Of a stretch of 64,000 nucleotides of DNA, positions 55,594-64,000 are shown one piece after another. Both the position numbers and the translations under genes were made by a program. The stretch is taken from the NCBI GenBank assembly GCA_965221695.1, contig OZ244905.1:3296001-3360000 (forward strand), written 5' to 3'. This DNA comes from Gammaproteobacteria bacterium. GTDB taxonomy: Bacteria; Pseudomonadota; Gammaproteobacteria; Eutrophobiales; Eutrophobiaceae. Each line of letters starts with the position of its first letter. Within the stretch, counting starts at the first letter, position 1. The notes beneath the pieces were generated by a model that made no database searches, was not told where the DNA came from, and saw only the letters and a program-made list of their open reading frames with translations.

Positions 55594-58353
55594 ATGTTAA
55601 GAACCATTGTCCTGTTGCTCATAAGCATAGGTATTTACTGCTCACCCGCGTTTGCCGACGAGGCTCCCGGTCACGATCAATCGCCTGCCGGCGAGGATTT
55701 TATCGAGGAGATCAGGGTCACTGCCCACCCGTTGTCCGAGATCGATGAACACATCGTCCAACCTGTTCAGGTCCTGTCAGAAGAAGAACTGAAAACCCGC
55801 AGTATCAGCAACATAGGTGAAACGATTGCCAATGAACCGGGTGTGGCTTCCAGCGATTTCGGCACGGGAGCAGGCCGCCCTGTCATCCGCGGGCTGAGCG
55901 GCAGCCGGGTACAGGTGCTGGAAAATGGCCTGGGCACGATGGATATCAGCAGTTCGAGCGCGGACCACTCGGTTACCACGGAGACAGTGCTTTCTCAGCA
56001 GGTTGAGATATTTCGCGGTCCCGCGACGCTGCTGTTCGGCAGCGGCGCAAGTGGCGGCATTATCAACGTTGTGAAAGACAGAATACTCGATTATGTGCCC
56101 GATCAGGTGGAAGGCGAGGTGGCCTTGCAATATGAAACCGTTTCGGACGGCATGACCGGCGCCGGCAGTTTGAATTTCGGGATAGGTGATTTTGCGTTTC
56201 ATCTCGACGGCATGTCGCGCAATACCGATGATTACAATATCCCGGGATTTGCTGAGATGGAACCGGGTGAGTCTGAGCGGGGCACGCTGGCCAACAGCAG
56301 CAGGGACACGGAGAACATATCGGGAGGCTTGTCCTGGGTCGGTTCACGCGGCTATGCCGGCTTTTCCGTGAGCCACTATCGGAACAAGTATGGGATACCG
56401 GGACATCACCACCATCACGAAGACGAGCATGACCATCTGCACGACCTTGAAGACATGGATTTAGACGATGATCATGACCATGATGAAGATGAGCATCATG
56501 ATGATGAAGATGGCGATCATGATGAGGACGAACATCATGACGATGAAGATGGCGATCATGACCATGATGAAGATGAAAATCATGACGAGGAAGACGGCGA
56601 TCACGACCATGATGAGGATGAAAATCATGACGATGAGGACGGCGATCATGATGAGAACGAACACCATGACGATGAGGATGGTGATCTTGACCATGATGAG
56701 GACGCAGCGCAGCATAATGAGGACGAGGAGCATCACGACGAAGAAGATCATCACGATGAGGACGAAGCAAATCATAATGAGGACGATGATGATCACGACG
56801 AGGATGCAGCGCATGATGAAGATGAAGAACATCACGACGAAGATGAAGCACATGATGATGAAGACGCCGCTCAAGACCATGACGAAGAAGATGGGCATGA
56901 CGAGGAAGACGGACATGACGAAGAAGAAGGCGACCACGATCATGACGAAGAAGACGGGCATGATGAAGAAGAAGGCGACCACGATCATGACGAAGAAGAC
57001 GGGCATGATGAAGAAGATGGCGACCACGATCATGAAGAAGAAGACGGACATGACGAGGAAGACGGCGACCATGACCATGATGAAGAAGATGGGCATGACG
57101 AGGAAGAGGAAGGCGGTGTGCGCACTCACATGGAACAGACCCGCTACGATTTCGTCGCAGCCCTGAATGATCCGTTGCCCGGCTTGAGACGCGTGAAGTT
57201 ACGCTGGGGTTTTAATGATTATCAACATGATGAAATCGAACCGGGCGGCGAGATCGGCACAGCCTTTGATAACGAGGAGGTGGAAGGGCGCATCGAGTTG
57301 CTTCATGATCCCATAGGCGACTGGAGCGGCGCTGTCGGGTTCCACTACCGTCACAAAGACTTCGCGGCTGTTGGCGCGGAGAGCTATGTGCTGCCGTCGG
57401 AACTGGAGTCGTTCGGGGTTTTCATCCTGGAAAAAACCGATATCGGACGCATGCATATTGAACTGGGCGCACGCTTTGAACACCAGGATTCGAACGCAGA
57501 GACGGGCGCTAAAAATGACTATGACCTGTTCAGCGCCTCCGGTGGCCTGAGCTGGGATTATGCCCCGGGCTACCAGGTCGGCATTTCTGCCAGTCATTCA
57601 GAGAGAGCGCCGTCGATTGAGGAGTTGTATGCGCAAGGCCCGCACCTGGCGACCGCGACCTTCGAGATCGGTGACGCCAACCTGGATAAAGAGAAGTCCA
57701 ATAATGTCGATATCTACTGGCGCAAAACGACGGGCATGTTCACTGTCAGCGCCAATTTCTTCTACAACCGCATTGACGATTACATCTACAGACAGGAACA
57801 GGACCTGAACGGTGATGGTTTCGCCGACCGGGTGCCGGAAAATTTTGACGGCGACCCGGCAGATATCCTGGACCCGGAAGATGACGAGGAACCGTTGCTG
57901 GTTTACCTGAGCCAGGACGACGCCGAATTTCTGGGTTTTGAGGCGGAAACCCGGGCGCGCCTGCTGGACACTGACCAGGGTCGCATGGTGTTGCGTTTAT
58001 GGGCGGACTATGTGGAAGGCGAACGCAGCAATGATATCAACCTGCCGCGCATCACGCCCTGGCGTTTCGGTTCGGGCCTCACGTATTCACGCGGCGACCT
58101 GTATACAACCGTCAACTATACCCGCGTGAATGAGCAGGACAGCACTGCGCCGTTGGAGACGGAGACGGGCGGCTACCACCTGCTGGATATCCATGCCGAC
58201 TACACGTTCAGGCTGGGCGACAACAGGGTGACGCTGTTTGCCCGCGCTACCAACCTGCTTGATGAACAGATACGCCGGCATATTTCCTTTGTCAAAGACC
58301 AGGCGCCACTGCCAGGACGCTCCGGCATCTTCGGTATGCGTTTTGCGTTTTAG
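55594..58353 (+). CDS. ZnuD-like TonB-dependent metal receptor with large His/Asp/Glu insertion
   Basis: GGAG SD before ATG 55594; signal peptide; IEEIRVTA TonB box; GRPVIRG, RGPATLLFGSGA, ERAPSIEELYAQGPH, terminal F. Confidence 0.9.
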   Translation: MLRTIVLLLISIGIYCSPAFADEAPGHDQSPAGEDFIEEIRVTAHPLSEIDEHIVQPVQVLSEEELKTRSISNIGETIANEPGVASSDFGTGAGRPVIRGLSGSRVQVLENGLGTMDISSSSADHSVTTETVLSQQVEIFRGPATLLFGSGASGGIINVVKDRILDYVPDQVEGEVALQYETVSDGMTGAGSLNFGIGDFAFHLDGMSRNTDDYNIPGFAEMEPGESERGTLANSSRDTENISGGLSWVGSRGYAGFSVSHYRNKYGIPGHHHHHEDEHDHLHDLEDMDLDDDHDHDEDEHHDDEDGDHDEDEHHDDEDGDHDHDEDENHDEEDGDHDHDEDENHDDEDGDHDENEHHDDEDGDLDHDEDAAQHNEDEEHHDEEDHHDEDEANHNEDDDDHDEDAAHDEDEEHHDEDEAHDDEDAAQDHDEEDGHDEEDGHDEEEGDHDHDEEDGHDEEEGDHDHDEEDGHDEEDGDHDHEEEDGHDEEDGDHDHDEEDGHDEEEEGGVRTHMEQTRYDFVAALNDPLPGLRRVKLRWGFNDYQHDEIEPGGEIGTAFDNEEVEGRIELLHDPIGDWSGAVGFHYRHKDFAAVGAESYVLPSELESFGVFILEKTDIGRMHIELGARFEHQDSNAETGAKNDYDLFSASGGLSWDYAPGYQVGISASHSERAPSIEELYAQGPHLATATFEIGDANLDKEKSNNVDIYWRKTTGMFTVSANFFYNRIDDYIYRQEQDLNGDGFADRVPENFDGDPADILDPEDDEEPLLVYLSQDDAEFLGFEAETRARLLDTDQGRMVLRLWADYVEGERSNDINLPRITPWRFGSGLTYSRGDLYTTVNYTRVNEQDSTAPLETETGGYHLLDIHADYTFRLGDNRVTLFARATNLLDEQIRRHISFVKDQAPLPGRSGIFGMRFAF
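56404..57111 (+). repeat. Coding low-complexity tandem repeats (H/D/E)
   Basis: Includes four 45-bp units at about 56914-57093 encoding HDEE(E/D)GDHDH(D/E)EEDG. Confidence 0.95.
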
Positions 58354-58452
58354 TTGCCGGAGCGTTTGCGCCGAGCGCGGTGAGCCAGATAGCTGAGTAA
58401 TATACCACCTAACAGCAGAGTCAAAAGCGGGGCTAACAGGTTGAGGGTCATA

Positions 58453-58620
58453 TCAATTCTCCAGGCTGCCGGCCAAGATCAGCGCCAGACCGGTCGTCGT
58501 GATTGCCACACTGCCCGAGGCCTGGGTCGCGTCAAGTACGCCGGAGATCAGGCCAGTGGCAGCCACAATGACTCCGATCTGGCGCAAAGCCGCACCAAGA
58601 TGATCAGGGTTAATATTCAC
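58453..58620 (-). CDS. Small hypothetical membrane protein (55 aa, not in the ORF track)
   Basis: GTG start, MNINPDHLGAALRQIGVIVAATGLISGVLDATQASGSVAITTTGLALILAGSLEN*; two hydrophobic segments. Confidence 0.45.
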   Translation of the reverse strand: MNINPDHLGAALRQIGVIVAATGLISGVLDATQASGSVAITTTGLALILAGSLEN

Positions 58621-58809
58621 GCAGATAGTATAGCACAGGACCTTTGTCGGAACTGCACTCGGTCGTGATTTTCATCGACTCGTTGCCTATTTTTTCAATG
58701 GTAGTGCGTGGAATTGAGACGCGCAAGCGGATCTTCTCAGGCGCTTCATTCAATATGCGGTAGAATGTGCTCAGGATAAAATAAGCGTATAGGAGAACTG
58801 TCAGCCGTT

Positions 58810-59640
58810 GTGGAATATTCTGACTCTTTATTACTGCTGGCGGGATATTCCGTCGCAATCATAGCCGGTTCCCTGTTGGGTGGATGGCTGCCGTCCGTAT
58901 TTCGGATGACCCATACCCGTATCCAGATGGCGATGACTTTTGTCGCGGGCCTGATTCTCGGGGTCGCCATCTACCACCTGCTGCCCTACAGTTTGCAGGT
59001 GTTCCCCGGCGAACATGCCGTTGAAACCGTCGCATCATGGATGATACTGGGCATTGTGGTGATGGTATTGATGTTGCGCTTCTTCCACTTTCACCAGCAT
59101 GATTTCAGTGATGTGGACCAGAATAACCACGCCCCTTCAAATCACGACACGGTCGCAGCGCACCCGGTCAGTTGGTTCGGTATCGCCCTGGGGCTGGGCT
59201 TGCACTCGCTGACCGAAGGAATCGCGCTGGGCAGTAGCCTGCGGGTCGGCCTGTCCCATGAAGGCATGGGTAGTCTGGCAGGATTTGGCGTTTTCCTGGC
59301 GATACTATCGCACAAGCCGCTTGACGCGCTCTCCATTACCGGCACGATGCAGGCCGCGGGATTGAGCTGGCGTCTGCGCATGTTGGCCAATGTGCTGTTT
59401 GCACTGATATGCCCGATGGTGGCTTTTCTTACTTTCTGGGGCGTGGGACTGCTTGGTGCGGAGGGGCCACTGGTGATCGGTTGTGCACTGGCTTTCGCAG
59501 CCGGCGCGTTCCTGTGTATTGCCCTGAGCGACCTGTTGCCCGAATTTCATTTCCACCGCCATGACCGTATCAAGCTCACACTGTCCTTCCTCACAGGAGT
59601 CGGCTTGATCTTCATCCTTCACTACCTCGAATCCGGCTAG
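58810..59640 (+). CDS. ZIP family metal transporter
   Basis: His loop HFHQHD, TM4 LHSLTEG, TM5 SHKPLD, SDLLPE. Confidence 0.9.
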   Translation: MEYSDSLLLLAGYSVAIIAGSLLGGWLPSVFRMTHTRIQMAMTFVAGLILGVAIYHLLPYSLQVFPGEHAVETVASWMILGIVVMVLMLRFFHFHQHDFSDVDQNNHAPSNHDTVAAHPVSWFGIALGLGLHSLTEGIALGSSLRVGLSHEGMGSLAGFGVFLAILSHKPLDALSITGTMQAAGLSWRLRMLANVLFALICPMVAFLTFWGVGLLGAEGPLVIGCALAFAAGAFLCIALSDLLPEFHFHRHDRIKLTLSFLTGVGLIFILHYLESG

Positions 59641-59662
59641 CCCAGGCAAACACCCAGCCGCA

Positions 59663-60640
59663 TTAATTTCCCGGAATCAACGAATCAGGAATGTCATAAA
59701 AGCCGGGGGCGTGTTCCAGGATCAAATCCTTGATGACGCGGGCGCTGGTATGCATATGTGAATAGGGTGAGCAGCACAGCGTGATAGTGCGTATGATCCG
59801 GTAACCCTCCACGCGTCTGAAGTCGATCTTATCGGTGGGTTCATGATCGATAACAGCACAATGCGGGACAAACGAACAACCCACTCCCGATTGCACAAGA
59901 TCCAGGCAAAGTTCCGGCGAGTCGGTGCGCGCAATATGCTGAAGTTGGATTTCATGTTCATTAGCCAGCCATTCGATATTTCTGGTGATTGCGTGATGTT
60001 TGGGAGTGGATATCAACCTGGCGCTGGCCAGAGCATTGATCGGCACCGTGGTCTCGTCCGAGCCGGCAATGTCGTACAACTCTCTTGCCGAGCAAAAAAA
60101 GACTTCTTCTTCAAACAACTTGTAATATTCAAGAGTGCTCGAGGAGAATAAATATTCGGTGTGCAGCGTGGCCTGATCTTTGCGGACTGAAATATCCTTG
60201 TGCAGAATGGCCATATCGATGCCGGAATGGGATAACTGGTTATACAGGTCTTTGCTGTCCCCGGAGAGGAACTCTATTTCGATATTCGGATATTGCTCAT
60301 GTATTTTTCTGAACAGTCCAAGTCCAAGAAACCGCGCCAGGCTTTTTTGAAAGCCCAGGACAATAGTACCGACCGGGCGCGAGACTTCCTGCTTGATTTC
60401 ATCCAGCGCCTCGTTTGCTGACTTGACTATATTCTTGGCATGGGAATAAAGTCGCTGCCCGGCGTCGGTTAAGGTAACGCCTTGTCGTGAACGAACAAAC
60501 AGCTTTACCCCCAATTCGCTTTCCAACGCAGACAGCCGGTTGCTCAGCGCCGGTTGGGCGATATAAATCTGTTCCGCGGCGCGGGTGATACTCCCCGCGT
60601 CGGCGATGGCGATCAGCGCGCTCAGGTGTTTGATATCCAT
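59663..60640 (-). CDS. LysR family transcriptional regulator
   Basis: GSITRAAEQIYIAQPALS...LESELGVKLFVR. Confidence 0.93.
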   Translation of the reverse strand: MDIKHLSALIAIADAGSITRAAEQIYIAQPALSNRLSALESELGVKLFVRSRQGVTLTDAGQRLYSHAKNIVKSANEALDEIKQEVSRPVGTIVLGFQKSLARFLGLGLFRKIHEQYPNIEIEFLSGDSKDLYNQLSHSGIDMAILHKDISVRKDQATLHTEYLFSSSTLEYYKLFEEEVFFCSARELYDIAGSDETTVPINALASARLISTPKHHAITRNIEWLANEHEIQLQHIARTDSPELCLDLVQSGVGCSFVPHCAVIDHEPTDKIDFRRVEGYRIIRTITLCCSPYSHMHTSARVIKDLILEHAPGFYDIPDSLIPGN

Positions 60641-61960
60641 TCAGGCTATTTTACCCGGAAGATAAAGCGCTATTCCAGGAAATAAAGCAATGAGCGCGAT
60701 TGCCAGCATCATCAGCAAAACGTAGGGCAGGGCGCCATAGACCACATCGGAGAATTGTGCCCGGGCGGCGCCTTTGATAACCATCAGGTTCAGTCCCACC
60801 GGGGGCGAAATCAACGACATTTCCAGGTTGATCACCAACAAAATGCCGTACCACATCCGATCGATACCGAGCAGGTCCAGCGCCGGCAGTATCAGCGGTG
60901 TGGTCACCAGGGTAATCGAGGCGCCCTCCAAAAACATGCCCATAATGAAGATAAGCGCCATTAAACCCAACAGGAACACGAGCGCGTCCAATTCCATGGA
61001 AATTACCCATTCGAGCAATTGCAATGGGATTTCGGTAATAACGATAACATGCCCGAATAACGCTGCGCCGGCGACGATGGCAAACACCAAACCGGCGTTT
61101 TCCGCGGCTTTTTTCGCAGCCAGGTGGCAACCTTTCAGCGTCAGTTGCCGGTACACACAAGTCGCCAGCAGCATCGATAAGACCACGCCGACAGCCCCCG
61201 CCTCAGAAGGCGTAAACACCCCGCTGTACAAGCCGCCAATAATCAACACCGGCAGTAATGCAACCATGCTGACTTTGAATTTTCCGGTACTCCCAGAGGT
61301 ATCGTCGTTCCCGGGTTCGGACTGATCCGGCGAAGTCTGCAGTTCATCGGCTGGCTCCCCCGCGCTGGGCTGCAAGGACAGTTGCAGGCGGTCATACAGG
61401 CAGAACAAGCTGATCAGCAGCAGCGCCGGGAGCAATGCGGCGATAAACAAACCGCTGATCGACACATCGGCGATGATTCCGTAAACGATCAATGCAATAG
61501 ATGGCGGGATCAGTATTCCCAAGGTACCGGATGCTGCGACCAGGCCATACGCGCTCCGTTTGGAATAACCATGTTTGAGCATTTGCGGAATGGACACATC
61601 GCTTAATGTGACAGCGGTGGCAACCGAAGACCCTGAAACCGCAGAAAAAACCGTTGCCACGCCGAGCGTGGTAGCGCCGGCGCTGTTTTTGATATTGCCT
61701 GCGATACGGTTGACAGTATTGTAAACATCCTGCAGTGCATTCGTTCTGATCAGGATTTGGGCCATGTAGGCAAACAGCGGAATGGCGACAAACGCATAGG
61801 TATCCAGCCTGGCAAAAATGATGTCCGCAATGTGCTCAATACCCGCCGGCCCTTCCATGGCCAGCAGCGCCACTACTGAAGTGATACTCAAGGCGACAAA
61901 TACCGGCACGCCCGCTGCCAGCAGAAAAAGGAGAAACAGTATCAGCAACAGCTCACTCAT
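60641..61960 (-). CDS. TRAP transporter large permease (DctM)
   Basis: AIPLF, SGSSVATA, GTLGILIPPS, FTPSEAG, ISPPVGLNL. Confidence 0.93.
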   Translation of the reverse strand: MSELLLILFLLFLLAAGVPVFVALSITSVVALLAMEGPAGIEHIADIIFARLDTYAFVAIPLFAYMAQILIRTNALQDVYNTVNRIAGNIKNSAGATTLGVATVFSAVSGSSVATAVTLSDVSIPQMLKHGYSKRSAYGLVAASGTLGILIPPSIALIVYGIIADVSISGLFIAALLPALLLISLFCLYDRLQLSLQPSAGEPADELQTSPDQSEPGNDDTSGSTGKFKVSMVALLPVLIIGGLYSGVFTPSEAGAVGVVLSMLLATCVYRQLTLKGCHLAAKKAAENAGLVFAIVAGAALFGHVIVITEIPLQLLEWVISMELDALVFLLGLMALIFIMGMFLEGASITLVTTPLILPALDLLGIDRMWYGILLVINLEMSLISPPVGLNLMVIKGAARAQFSDVVYGALPYVLLMMLAIALIALFPGIALYLPGKIA

Positions 61961-62507
61961 GCCTGTTATCGCGCTGTGTCAGCAACTCGGAACCGGCAAG
62001 CCGCGGGAAAACAGCGATACTCGACAATGTCATCAGCGCGCCGCCGGTGGGGATGCTGAGATTCAATATCCAGTCCGGTAAACCAAGCAAACTGGGAGAC
62101 CGTATACCGTATTCATACAAAAACAATACTGCTTGCGCGCCTGAAACCAGTATCAGAATGGACGTCATGAAACAGCAAAGCCAGATCAACAGCGCGCCCG
62201 CAACGGCCGTTTTGCCCGAAATCCGGCGTTGCAGCAACTCGATGCGCACATGCCCGCCTTGCTCTATCAGCCAGCTTGCGACCAGCAATGAAACCAGGGG
62301 AATGGACGCCGATATCAATTCGTCTATCCAGACCAGCGGGTGCGCAAACAAATAGCGCGCGACGACGCCAGTGAAAACCAGTAACGCCATCAGGATAACT
62401 ATGCCGGCGGATAGTTCTATCGCAGCGCGGTTAAGCAAACTGACAACCTGAAGCAGGCGCGAAGCGCCCGCAGAACGTTGGGTAACCTCCGGGGGTTTAT
62501 TTGCCAT
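61953..62507 (-). CDS. TRAP transporter small permease (DctQ)
   Basis: VVARYLFAHPLVWIDEL, GHVRIEL. Confidence 0.9.
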   Translation of the reverse strand: MANKPPEVTQRSAGASRLLQVVSLLNRAAIELSAGIVILMALLVFTGVVARYLFAHPLVWIDELISASIPLVSLLVASWLIEQGGHVRIELLQRRISGKTAVAGALLIWLCCFMTSILILVSGAQAVLFLYEYGIRSPSLLGLPDWILNLSIPTGGALMTLSSIAVFPRLAGSELLTQRDNRHE

Positions 62508-62642
62508 GATGGATGAATGCCATGCTTATTTCCATTACCACGTTCAACTTGATCTTGGCCTGTTCAGCGGGTCGGGAAGCGGTTGAGCGCCAGGCACGCT
62601 GCGCCGGTTAAGATTATAACCAGGTAAGCGCCGGTGTCTCAG

Positions 62643-63635
62643 CTACCGCTGTTCCCTCCAGGCATTGTAGTATGACAGCATTTTTTCTCCTCTTGCGCCG
62701 GTCTGAAGGATAAAGTTCTGCTCCCAGTCTGCCAGCATGACCCCGGCCAGGCGTTCGATTTCAGCCTGGGTATGCACATGGATTTGCATCCCGTTTTCCC
62801 GGAGCAAATCCGGCAGTATTGCATCTTCCTCGCGCGCATAGTTCACAGCTTCCCGTTCCAGCGCCTTGCTTTCGGTGTTGATGATCGCGCGCATCCGGTC
62901 GTCCAGGTTTTTCCACCAGTTTTTATTGACTGCCAGCGTAAATACAGTGATAAACACAGGTGTGATAGTACACCACTCCTGGATCTCATAATATCGCCTG
63001 TGATAGACGGCCGGCAAGGTGGTCAGCGAGGCGTCGATGAGATTGGTTTGCAGCGCCTGGTAAGCCTCCCCGCCGCTCATCGTGACCGGCGCCGCGCCCA
63101 ACGCCATCAACGAGGTGTTTACCTGCGCGCTCATCCCGCGGATCTTCAACTGCCTGAAATCGGCAGGTCTGACCAACGGGCGCTGATTTGACGTGAATCC
63201 CTGCACATCCGTAATCCAGATCCATGCCAGGTTATGCGCGCCAACTCCGGCAAACATGTCCAGGTTGGCCAATGGCGGGCTCTCCAGGAAATCCCTGAAC
63301 TCATGATAATTCATGAACGCGAATGGTCGGCTGAATATACTGATTTCAGGAATGCTCAGTCCCCAGTCGATATTGCTTATCAGCGCGGCTTCGATATGGC
63401 CTCTTGCCACCGCTTGGACCTGGCTTTTTGAACGCAGCAACTGGTTGCCGGGAAACAGCTTTATTTCGAGCTGATTCCCGGCTTTTTCCCCAATCCTTTC
63501 CGCCCAGCGGTCGACCAGTTCGGCGATGGATCTTCCTTTTGGCACGCCATGGCTTAATCGCAGCAGGGACGCATCGGCCCTGGCGTCAGCCGCGGCGCCA
63601 AGAGCAAACCATGCAAACAGCAATAATCGATACAT
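62643..63635 (-). CDS. TRAP substrate-binding protein (DctP)
   Basis: Signal peptide, FPGNQL, LKIRG, EAYQALQTNLIDA; AAGGAG SD before ATG 63635. Confidence 0.92.
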   Translation of the reverse strand: MYRLLLFAWFALGAAADARADASLLRLSHGVPKGRSIAELVDRWAERIGEKAGNQLEIKLFPGNQLLRSKSQVQAVARGHIEAALISNIDWGLSIPEISIFSRPFAFMNYHEFRDFLESPPLANLDMFAGVGAHNLAWIWITDVQGFTSNQRPLVRPADFRQLKIRGMSAQVNTSLMALGAAPVTMSGGEAYQALQTNLIDASLTTLPAVYHRRYYEIQEWCTITPVFITVFTLAVNKNWWKNLDDRMRAIINTESKALEREAVNYAREEDAILPDLLRENGMQIHVHTQAEIERLAGVMLADWEQNFILQTGARGEKMLSYYNAWREQR

Positions 63636-63726
63636 AACTCCTTCCGGCATCATCAGACATCCTATGATGCTTGACCTTGCTCATCGCTGCAAGCATAACG
63701 ATTGCGTTGCCGCCGCCCTGCGCGAG

Positions 63727-63755
63727 CGCAGCAACGACGCGCGGTCGTTGCTGCG
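63727..63755. terminator. GC-rich hairpin between the TonB receptor gene and dctP
   Basis: CGCAGCAACGAC-GCGCG-GTCGTTGCTGCG; no U tract. Confidence 0.4.
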
Positions 63756-63774
63756 TCGGCAATCACGGGGGGGG

Positions 63775-64000
63775 TTAGAACCCGAGTTCCACCGATACGC
63801 CCCATTCGCTGGGACGCCCCACTTCAACGGTGGTGGCGCCGAAGGGGGTGTTGAATAAATTAAGACCGCTGGTCAGGTACTCCTTGTCAGTGAGGTTGGT
63901 CCCGAACACAGACAGCTTCAGGTTTTCACTGGCGCTGGCATAAGTCAGGCGCGCGCTCAACAAGCCGAACGATTCCTGTGTGACCGAATTGGGTTCCGGC
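63775..64000 (-). CDS. TonB-dependent receptor, C-terminal fragment (extends beyond the window)
   Basis: FGTNLTDKEY, GRPSEWGVSVELGF with terminal Phe. Confidence 0.85.
   Translation of the reverse strand, partial: PEPNSVTQESFGLLSARLTYASASENLKLSVFGTNLTDKEYLTSGLNLFNTPFGATTVEVGRPSEWGVSVELGF

Noticed and set aside
56404-57111. Possible CRISPR array
   Set aside because: Repeats are in-frame, degenerate at third codon positions and lack unique spacers; no cas genes in the window.
56063-57166. Long alternative-frame ORFs (Met/Thr/Lys-rich on +; hydrophobic and His/Arg-rich on -)
   Set aside because: Predictable shadows of GAY/GAR/CAY codon repeats in the receptor insertion; no independent signals.

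Overview
A 64-kb chromosomal window from a Gammaproteobacterium (inferred from gene order). It is mostly housekeeping blocks: alr-ffs-dnaX-ybaB-recR; leuB-asd-fimV-truA-trpFBA-accD-folC-dedD-cvpA-purF; gltA-mdh-sucAB-lpdA-phaA-phaR; and pyrG-kdsA-eno-ftsB-ispDF. These are interspersed with accessory catabolic and transport genes, two decayed toxin-antitoxin modules and several families of short intergenic repeats. The most striking locus is a putative metal-responsive translational-attenuation system at 55.2-59.6 kb. A small exported His/CxxC leader protein ending in an RSPP arrest-like motif precedes a ZnuD-like TonB-dependent receptor, and the 3' end of the leader can base-pair with the receptor's Shine-Dalgarno sequence. 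The receptor carries a ~236-aa His/Asp/Glu tandem-repeat insertion, and a ZIP transporter follows. Also notable are a MITE family built from five consecutive hairpins, with covarying stems and 4-bp target duplications; a TA cassette bracketed by a 76-bp duplication; a repeat-flanked flavoprotein gene; and an orphan RnfE lacking both conserved Fe-S-ligand cysteines. All calls were made by eye from the sequence and ORF track; no searches were run.
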